DNA from: an uncultured virus (IMG/VR IMGVR_UViG_3300010160_000040)
Taxonomy: Duplodnaviria; Heunggongvirae; Uroviricota; Caudoviricetes; Crassvirales
Virus record (IMG/VR): IMGVR_UViG_3300010160_000040
Strand: one strand, 5' to 3'
Length of the DNA stretch: 64,000 nt
Of the stretch, positions 52,071 to 60,600 are shown piece by piece (position 1 is the stretch's first letter; every line of letters begins with the position of its first letter). The notes below the pieces were generated by a model. The model did not search any database. It was not told the DNA's origin and was given only the letters and a program-made list of their open reading frames with translations. Made by a program: the position numbers and the translations under genes.

Positions 52071-53702
52071 TTATTTATTAATAGGTATTGCTAATGCTCC
52101 TCCTGTATAACCTTGGTTATTAAAATCAGACCATTGATAAAAACTTAGAGTATTATTTTTTCTGGCTTTAGGTTTAGCTGAAAAACTTCCTAAATCATGA
52201 TAAGCAATAATTAAATCTTCAGGTTTAATATTTTCTTGTTTTATAATTTGTTCAGCAGTTTGTTTAATTTGATTAATAGATCCTGCAAAATCTATTGCAA
52301 ATTTTTTATTGTTAGCTAAAAATACTACAGAACCTCCACCAAATTTATTATAACTATCTTTACCATTAGCTACATTAGGAAATATAAAATCTGTAGAAGT
52401 AGATTTTTCATTTTTCTTTGTGATAGGATTATAAACATCATAAGGAACTTTTACAGGTATACTTTTAATTGAACTTTTAAAAGAACTATGTCTTTTTCCT
52501 TTATCATCATAAGTAAATACAACTTCGGTTTTCCCATCCCAATCTAAATCTGTGTATCTTAATTGTCTTAAAGGTGTTTTAACTTTAGATTTATCTGTAA
52601 CTTCAGATAATCGTTTGTACTTTATATTAACTTTATCTTCATTTTTAGTTACTTCTACAACAAATGGATCTGTAACTGTAGAACCCTTTGCTATTGGATT
52701 TCCTTTTAAATTTTCATCTACATAACCTTTACCATATTTATGTTGTGTATTACTTGCTAAATCTGTATCTAAAATAAAATGAGCTATACCTGCAACATTT
52801 TTATATGATGTATTAACATCACTAGCGCCTACATTTTTTACAGGTACATAATTAAATCCTTTGTTCCTATCAAACTTATTATAATATGAAAAATATTTAT
52901 CTTCTTTAGAATTTTTTTGAGCAGGAACATCACCTAATAATTCAAAACGAGCTTCAACTTCATCAGTTGCTTTTGTAGTAGGTTTAGTAAAAGTTACTTT
53001 TTTAGCTTTTATTATATCTACATCAGGATTTGCTAATCCTTGTTTAACCATTGCTCTTTTAGCCCATTGTGTAACATCTTCTGCAGCATTTCCTATAGCA
53101 GTAGATGTGCTTATCACACTTTTTTCAAATGCCTGTAATGTTGATTCTTCTTTAACAGGTGTTTTAGCTACTGGTACTTTAGTAGGTTTTTTAGTTGGTA
53201 TAAAACTTAAATCTCTTTTAGCAGCCACTGTCGGTTTAACTACAGGTTTAGTTTCAAAGAAATTAGCTTGCTCTAACTTTTTATAAGTTTTACCATCTTC
53301 TTTTTTAGATATAATTTTAGCTACTTCTTTCTCTCCTATAGTATCTACTATAGTTTTTAAAGGTGTAGTTGAATTAACATTTATAACTTTACCTAATTGT
53401 TTAGCAGCTTGATTTACACTCTCTGTAAAGTAATTTACATACCCTTCATGATTATTGTTATCTGAAGCTGGTGCATATTTTTCAAGAAATGTATCAACAG
53501 TATGCTTTCTTTCAGGTAGCGCATCTTTTTTAACTTGCCTATTTAAAGCACTCCAACCATTTTCTAATGTTGTAAATTGATCAAACCCTCCCTTATCTTT
53601 AGGTAATTTAGGGTCCCACCCTTTTAAATTCCCAGGGTTGTTATTAAATTCTGCTCTCGTAACTCCAGTAGGGCGAGCTTTAGTTTCTACTGAAGTTTCT
53701 AC
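52071..53702 (-). CDS. -1 frameshift extension of the 677-aa cargo protein, containing a lysozyme-like domain
   Basis: The frame is open from 53720 to 52071 with no start codon before GTG 53228. It encodes RAEFNNNPGNL...FTTLENGWSAL...FLEKYAPASDNNN..Y. Confidence 0.8.
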   Translation of the reverse strand, partial: VETSVETKARPTGVTRAEFNNNPGNLKGWDPKLPKDKGGFDQFTTLENGWSALNRQVKKDALPERKHTVDTFLEKYAPASDNNNHEGYVNYFTESVNQAAKQLGKVINVNSTTPLKTIVDTIGEKEVAKIISKKEDGKTYKKLEQANFFETKPVVKPTVAAKRDLSFIPTKKPTKVPVAKTPVKEESTLQAFEKSVISTSTAIGNAAEDVTQWAKRAMVKQGLANPDVDIIKAKKVTFTKPTTKATDEVEARFELLGDVPAQKNSKEDKYFSYYNKFDRNKGFNYVPVKNVGASDVNTSYKNVAGIAHFILDTDLASNTQHKYGKGYVDENLKGNPIAKGSTVTDPFVVEVTKNEDKVNIKYKRLSEVTDKSKVKTPLRQLRYTDLDWDGKTEVVFTYDDKGKRHSSFKSSIKSIPVKVPYDVYNPITKKNEKSTSTDFIFPNVANGKDSYNKFGGGSVVFLANNKKFAIDFAGSINQIKQTAEQIIKQENIKPEDLIIAYHDLGSFSAKPKARKNNTLSFYQWSDFNNQGYTGGALAIPINK

Positions 53703-53708
53703 TTTTTT
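53651..53708 (-). promoter_or_regulatory. programmed -1 ribosomal frameshift signal
   Basis: In-frame A_AAA_AAG (53708-53702), then UAG, then an 11-bp stem AACUUCAGUAG/CUACUGGAGUU; a pseudoknot is possible. Confidence 0.8.
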
Positions 53709-55732
53709 CCAGCAGCAGGTTTATCTAGATAATCGCCTTTATCTACATCTAATTTTAAACTATATCTAGTAACAGCTTCTGAGTTAGTATATTTTCTATT
53801 AGGATTATCTGAATGGTACCAATAAGCTTTAAATCTACCCTGCTTATCTTTCTCTCTTATAGCATAAACATATTTAGATGGATCGTTTGGATCTAAATAA
53901 ACTTTTTCACCATTTGGTTCAAATTGTAAACTATGAATATCATTAATTAAATTATTAACATTTTCTTTGAAAGCTATTTGAGTATTTTCTTGCTCTCTTA
54001 TATTTGGATCAGGGTTCTTAGAAGTTTGTTTTAAATCCTTTATAAAGAAATTTTTAAACGTACCATCTTTAGCAAGGACAGTAATTTTTACTGCATTACC
54101 CCAAGAAGTCTTATCTGCTGAAGCTACTCTTAGACTATTATCTGGATCTACCGAATATATTGAAGCAGGAACATCTGCTAATTTATCGGTACCTAATGTA
54201 TACCCTAAACTTTTGAAAAATTCAGCTGAAGAATTTCCTTTAGTTAATTCTTTCATAGTACTACCATCTATAATAGATATATTTTGCGATAAGAAACTGG
54301 CAGATATATCTTCTAAAGTTATATTTTTATCCGCTTTTCCTTGTATACCTAATATTGAAGGATCTATGATACTTGTAACACCCTCAGTATTAAAATCTGT
54401 AACAGCTGCATTTGCATCTACATAACCACTTTCAACCATTTCTTTAAAAGCTTTTTCTAGTGAAGTTATAGATTTACCACCTTCCATCTTGTCTAAAGCT
54501 TTTTGCATTAATTTAGGAGTTATTGCTTTTAAATAATCTTTACCACCTTTTCTTGCTGGGGCTATAATATTATCAACAACAGCATCTTGATTTATAGCTC
54601 TATAATATTTTTCTAACAAATCTAACTTTTTATCATCCCAATCTGCTAACGATATACCTTCTTCTCTAGGGCCGCCTGTGTAACCTTGTGAAGTATTTCC
54701 TAAAGCATTAGGTACTTCTCTAACAGTAATACCCTTTAAAGTTTCATTCATTTGCTTTTTAAAGCTATCAATATTTTTAATACCTGCAACATTAACTTGA
54801 GCCCCTTTTGTTAAAGCTCTATTAGCTAAAGGTGTAGCTTCTACTTTCTTAGTTTCTTCTTTTGGTAATTGCTGATAAGATTTATTATCTTGAGTTATTT
54901 CTCTTTTATAATAACCAGGAAAACCATTAGCAGCATCTTCTATAAATTGTTGTTGAGTGTACTCTCCTCCACTTAATCCGTATAGTTGTTTTTGATATTG
55001 CATAAAAGGAGTGTTACTATTTCTATTTTCTTGTTCCCAAACATTTCTAGCCCACTCTCTCACTTTTTCTTCTTTTAGTTCTTCTCTAGTGTATTTATGA
55101 TCTCCTATTTCAACCATAGGTACACCAGTAAGTGTATCATACTTTTTAGGAGCTAAATCAAATTGATTACTAACAGCATCGCCAACAAACTTATCCATTT
55201 GATGCTGATAGTTTTCTTTATCATATATACCAGTAGGTGCTATAGTATTATATAAAGCAGCATGCTGATCATCTGTAATTTCAGACATATTAACTTTATT
55301 CCAAGTTGGAGTTTGTCCTAAATAATTAAAGTTAGTACCAACAGCTCTATTTAATTTACCCTCTACTAAGTTTTTATTTTGAAATTTTGAATAAACAGCA
55401 TCATTATTTATTCTTTTAATAGTATCATTAGTATTATAAACTTCAATAATTTTAGTTAAATTTTTAGAAGCTTCTTTATAATCCATAGTATTATTTAATA
55501 AGCCATTTCTAACATTATCAGTATTTTTTTTTAGCCAGTTATTATACTTTTGTTCTTCTTCAGTTGTTGTGTAATTTCCGCCTTTAACTCGAAGTTGGCT
55601 TGTTTTATCTAATAAGTCATCAACAGCGTCATCATTAGCTTCCTTTTGAACTAGATTCTTTTGCATAAAATCTAGGTTTAAAGGAGAAAACTGGGATTGA
55701 TACTCTGTAGTACTTGGTTTAAAAAATCTCAT
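53699..55732 (-). CDS. virion cargo/ejection protein (0-frame product)
   Basis: 677 aa; ends exactly at the slippery site; lies between the cargo gene and the RNAP cassette. Confidence 0.75.
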   Translation of the reverse strand: MRFFKPSTTEYQSQFSPLNLDFMQKNLVQKEANDDAVDDLLDKTSQLRVKGGNYTTTEEEQKYNNWLKKNTDNVRNGLLNNTMDYKEASKNLTKIIEVYNTNDTIKRINNDAVYSKFQNKNLVEGKLNRAVGTNFNYLGQTPTWNKVNMSEITDDQHAALYNTIAPTGIYDKENYQHQMDKFVGDAVSNQFDLAPKKYDTLTGVPMVEIGDHKYTREELKEEKVREWARNVWEQENRNSNTPFMQYQKQLYGLSGGEYTQQQFIEDAANGFPGYYKREITQDNKSYQQLPKEETKKVEATPLANRALTKGAQVNVAGIKNIDSFKKQMNETLKGITVREVPNALGNTSQGYTGGPREEGISLADWDDKKLDLLEKYYRAINQDAVVDNIIAPARKGGKDYLKAITPKLMQKALDKMEGGKSITSLEKAFKEMVESGYVDANAAVTDFNTEGVTSIIDPSILGIQGKADKNITLEDISASFLSQNISIIDGSTMKELTKGNSSAEFFKSLGYTLGTDKLADVPASIYSVDPDNSLRVASADKTSWGNAVKITVLAKDGTFKNFFIKDLKQTSKNPDPNIREQENTQIAFKENVNNLINDIHSLQFEPNGEKVYLDPNDPSKYVYAIREKDKQGRFKAYWYHSDNPNRKYTNSEAVTRYSLKLDVDKGDYLDKPAAGKK

Positions 55733-55769
55733 ATTTTTGTTTTTATATTAATATAATCAATTAATTTGA

Positions 55770-57602
55770 TTATTCTATTGGTGTAACTGGAGTTTTAGAA
55801 TCATTAGCGCTTATTTTCTTTCTACTACTCACCTTACCATCAGCATCCATAACATACTCATAACCATCTGCAAGTAGCGGTAGCATTGTGTTTTGTGTTT
55901 TATTCATAGCTCTATCTTGACCATATCCTAAAGAGTTTTGCCCAAAGTTATGTAGACCTTGACTTACAGCACTTCTAGCTGCATCTTGTTCTTGCTGTCT
56001 AGCTTCAGATTCTCTCATTTGAATTTGAGCATTATACTGATCTTTAGTTAAGTTAGTTTGATTTAAACCTTGTGTATTAGCTATATCATATTGACTTTTA
56101 ATACCAGCCATAGTAGCAGCTCTATCCATACCTTCTTTACTAGTCAGAATACCCATATTAGCAAGGTACTCACCAGCACTAGTAGTAGTATTTCTAGCAG
56201 CGTTTTTAGTTGAGTTGTAAGCAGATGTCAATCCTTTATTAGCAGCAGCCATAGCTCCTCTAGGATCAGCATATTGATACTTACTATTCATCCTATCAAA
56301 ATTAACAGGATCACCACCTTTTAAACCTCGTGCAACATCATAAGCAGGGCCTATAGTACTAGCTAGGTAACCTAATGGATTAACTTTTGTTTGTAATGGC
56401 TTATTAGTATTTGTTATAGTAGCAGGTGTTGGTGATACAGAAGATTTAGATAATGTAGGAGATGTAGTTTGTAAACCTACTCTAGATCTTTCATTTTCTA
56501 TTGCTTCTTGAATAGCCCCTCTGTCAGTTGGTTGAGTTACTAATGTATTTGCTATATTACCTACAGCCTCTTTATCAGAATTTATATCATCAGTAGTATA
56601 GAATCCACTACTTTGCTGGCTTGGAATTTCAAGAGGGCCAGTTGCTGCATTAGGTTTATAATTAGAAAAATCATTAGCTTGATTAGTTAACTTATTAATG
56701 TTGTTCATCCAATTAGGCCCGCCCATTTGAAACTTACTTTGTGAGTTATTAGTCATACCAGTACTTTCTTGTACTTTCATAAGATTACCTAACTCCCTTT
56801 CTTTAGACTCCATAGATATCTTATCATCTGGTCTTCTGGAATACTTGTTATTAATCTTTTTACTTACATCAGCAAAAGTTCTTTTACCTAATTGTAATGT
56901 ATCACTAAATATATAACCATTATGATTAGTTTCTCCTCCTTCTACTTCTGATTTACCAATAGGTATACCGCCATTCTCATGTGTATTACCGTGGTACTCT
57001 GTAAAATTACCACCCATCTTAAACTGCTTACCTTGTGCGCTAGGATTAAAGTTACCAGCTATGTTAGAAGTCATTGCATTCTGCTGGCTAGATTTAACAG
57101 CACTATAGTCTTCCATTTTATTTTCATAAGTTTTCTTATCTATAGCTCCACCAATAGCACCTCCTACAGCCCCGCCTATCATAGTACCTACTCCAGGAAT
57201 TGGTATAAATGAACCAGCAATACCGCCTGCTACACTACCTATAGTTTTACCTATATTCTTTTGAACAGGGGCATTAGGATCCGCTCCAGCTTGTTGAGGA
57301 GCTTGTTGACCTCCACCAAGTCCAGATAGATTAGGAAGTTTAAAACCTCCTGGAGCAGCAGCAGGAGCTGCAGCAGCTGGTGCTGTAGTAGGCGGTGTAA
57401 AATGTTTAACAGGATCTGTTAAACTAGTAGGTACAGCAGAAGCAGGTAAAAGCGGAGGTAAACTTCCACCACCTTGATACTTCTGATTAGGAGATAAAGA
57501 ACCTCCCATTTGAAATTGATTATATGCTTCTTGAGTAGGAAACTTCTCGTAGAACTCCTTCTCGGTCATCTTGTGTGTTTTAAGTATTTCTTGCTTTGTC
57601 AT
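55770..57602 (-). CDS. crAss-type cargo protein with Gly-rich TM-like segment
   Basis: HENGGI...EVEGGET...IFSD motif; GxxxG helices; four F/YxxGG motifs; Q/N-rich C-terminus. Confidence 0.7.
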   Translation of the reverse strand: MTKQEILKTHKMTEKEFYEKFPTQEAYNQFQMGGSLSPNQKYQGGGSLPPLLPASAVPTSLTDPVKHFTPPTTAPAAAAPAAAPGGFKLPNLSGLGGGQQAPQQAGADPNAPVQKNIGKTIGSVAGGIAGSFIPIPGVGTMIGGAVGGAIGGAIDKKTYENKMEDYSAVKSSQQNAMTSNIAGNFNPSAQGKQFKMGGNFTEYHGNTHENGGIPIGKSEVEGGETNHNGYIFSDTLQLGKRTFADVSKKINNKYSRRPDDKISMESKERELGNLMKVQESTGMTNNSQSKFQMGGPNWMNNINKLTNQANDFSNYKPNAATGPLEIPSQQSSGFYTTDDINSDKEAVGNIANTLVTQPTDRGAIQEAIENERSRVGLQTTSPTLSKSSVSPTPATITNTNKPLQTKVNPLGYLASTIGPAYDVARGLKGGDPVNFDRMNSKYQYADPRGAMAAANKGLTSAYNSTKNAARNTTTSAGEYLANMGILTSKEGMDRAATMAGIKSQYDIANTQGLNQTNLTKDQYNAQIQMRESEARQQEQDAARSAVSQGLHNFGQNSLGYGQDRAMNKTQNTMLPLLADGYEYVMDADGKVSSRKKISANDSKTPVTPIE

Positions 57603-57608
57603 AATTAA

Positions 57609-60600
57609 TTATTTTAAATTGTCTAACCAATTGCTCTTATTATTATTTAATTTACCACCGTTTTTATATTTTTTCTTTATACTTAAATCAGGTATAAATC
57701 CTTTAGTGTCATCAGGCATTAATGACTCTTTTGGTACATTCCATTTATCAGCTGTTTTTCCTGCTATTTTTTCTAACTCTTTAAGAAATTCATCTACCTT
57801 GACTGGATCATTATATCCATTTTTCATATTTGTTTCTAGCAATTTAGATATTTTTGTATGTTTACCTAAAGTATTCATTCCAGTAAGGCCTTTATTAATA
57901 AGTTCAAATTGAGGGTTAGCTTTATCATTAACAATTTTTGCCCATATTGGATAAGAGTCCCCGCTTAAACTACCAGGATTAAAGTCCCATTTACCAGGTA
58001 TATTAGAAATTAATTTATTTAGATTTACTGCTGTTTTACCAGCACTAATAGGATTTTTACTAAAAAAACCAAAATTTTTAAATTCTCCTACAGGATTAGT
58101 ATCAGAAGGTAAGCTAACATGACTGCTAAATGATCTATTAGGTGAATGAAATGTTGTTTCTGCAATATCAGCCTGTTTATTATTTAAATACCCTCTTAAA
58201 TAAGCTCTTAATTTACCTTGACCTGCTGGCGCATTACTATATAAGGAGGCAACTTCTTTTGATACTAAAGTACCTTCTTCCCCATGTATTAACCCTGATT
58301 TTTTAAAAGCTTCTAAATTTTCAGGTGTAAATGCTGAATTAGAAACAACAGAATTTTCATTAATTTTATTTAAGATTGCTTCTCTTACTTTTAATGCTGG
58401 TTTAGAATTTAAAATAGGTATTGTTATATTTCTTTCTAACTCTTTAGCTTTGTGAATTAGTTTTGAATTTTTAGGTGTAGCTGCTGTTACTGCGGCTCTA
58501 CTGCTTGTTATAATATCATTAAGTCTAATCCATTCTGGAGTGCCTGGCATATGGCCATTAATAGGTCTTGCAGTTTCATTAAGTACATTACCTACAGTAG
58601 AACTTGCGGCTGCAGATTTACTAATTACATTATTTTTCAAATTTCTCATTCCTCCAATAGGATTTAAAGCCTCTGCAGCTACTACAGCAGCTTTACCTAA
58701 TTTACTAGCAGCTTTAATAGGTAAACTACCAGGCATTAACATTAACTCAGGATAAGATGGTTCTAAAGCACCTTTGCCAGTAGCAGTTCCTTTTTTAGGA
58801 CCTTGTTGATATACCTCTTGAGTTTGAGGATTATTGACTGGAGTCCAAACTGGATTCATTCTTTTTGCTTCTTCTTTAGCTTCAGCATCAAGTCTATTTT
58901 TAGGTATATTAGAAGATAATCCTTTAAACCCTCCTAATTGAAATTTTTGAGGATACTCAGTTACTGTTTTACCTTTAAAGTTATACTCTCCACCTGGCTT
59001 CATCATCTGAGTGTCGCCACTATCTGATACACCAAGAACAGGGTAGTTTACTCCTTTCATTGTTATTTGATTAGAGTTAATTTTTGTTACTTTACCAGGA
59101 TGAGCCCACTGACCTCTATTATCTTCTATAACATTATTAGGATTACTTAAACCATCTAACCAACCACCGTTTCTTAATTTAGATTTTGCATTTTTAGATT
59201 GATAATCTAATAATGCTTTATTAGTTTCAGGCCCATATATACCATCAAAGGTTCCATCTAAGGTTCTATATTTAGTAGTAGATTTAGGTAGTTTATAACC
59301 TTTATTTACTAAAGTGGTTTGTAATTTTTTTACATTATAATCTCCACTTCCAGGAATAATATTATTTAACGCATTATCAGTATAATCTTTATTTGCTGTT
59401 AAGTTATTAGAAAGTTGCCCACTATTTTTAAATGGCACTTCTGATTCTATTTCCCGTAAATATGCTCTAACTAAGTTTATATCATCTCCAAAATTGCTAG
59501 GATTTTTATCATTATCTCTATATCTTAGTTTATGTTCTAATAAAGCAGCTTTAACATTAAGATTACTTGCATATTTAGATTGCATTGCTTTATATGTATC
59601 TGGTCCAAAATAACCATCATCTTTTACTCCTAAATTTTTTTGTATTTGTTTTATATTATTAGGAGATAAATTTCCATAAGCTATCATTGCCATACCTGGC
59701 TCTCTTAATCTATGGGCATCATATTCAGCAGTCCCTGGTATTTTGTATCTTTCTTCACCATGTCGTATGTATTCATATGCAGTTTTGTACTCATAAGGAT
59801 TAAATATATTCTCAAATAATTTAGGATCTTTTAAATGACTAGATTCTGCAATTATATTATCTATAAACTCATGCCCACTTTCAGGATTTTCTCCAACATT
59901 AATATTAGAATTTGTTTGTTCTGGCTTTATAGAGGCTCTATTAGGCTCTTTGTCAGAAGCTCCTTTCCAAGTTATACTACCTACATTTTTACCTCTATTA
60001 AGAGTTTTAAAAAATTCAGGATATTCTTTTCTTAAAAAATTATCGTATTCTTTTTGATTAGGATTGCTACCTATATATGGTATATAATCAGTATCTTTTC
60101 TTGTGTTATATCTTTGATTATTCCACATAAATTCTTCTTCTCCTGCTTTTCTTGCAGCATTAAAAGCTTGTCCTCTTGTTCCACTTTTAGTGTAATCATC
60201 TACTCCCCAATTGTAAGGATTTAAAGTAGCTTTTACTGCATCCCAACTTGGTAATATATCACTATTTTCTTCATCATTTACAGGGCCTCCCATGTCAAAC
60301 CTCTTCTTAGATAAACTATTTAACAGTCCACCATTCTTTGCATAAACCTTTCCATCATTAGAATTAGATTTAGATATAGTATTCATCATCTCAGTAATCT
60401 GATCATCTGAATAATACTGTCTTAATCTTTGTAATTGATTGTAATCTTCAGATTCTTTAGTACCTTGATTATAAGACTCATTTACTTTATCTAAGTATTC
60501 CTTTTTAAAAGGTTGGGTAAGTGGGTCATAAATTTTATTTTCTCCACTTAGCTGTCTAATAGAATGTATCTGAGATCTTACTTCTTCAGGATCTGTAAGC

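Noticed and set aside
52071..53228. 385-aa ORF as an independent gene starting at GTG 53228
   Set aside because: The start falls inside a K/P/T-rich linker, and the same frame carries a recognisable domain upstream. It is better read as part of the frameshift product, although internal initiation is not excluded.
53690..53701. Readthrough of the TAG ending the 677-aa gene
   Set aside because: The 0 frame meets another TAG four codons later; only the -1 frame continues.
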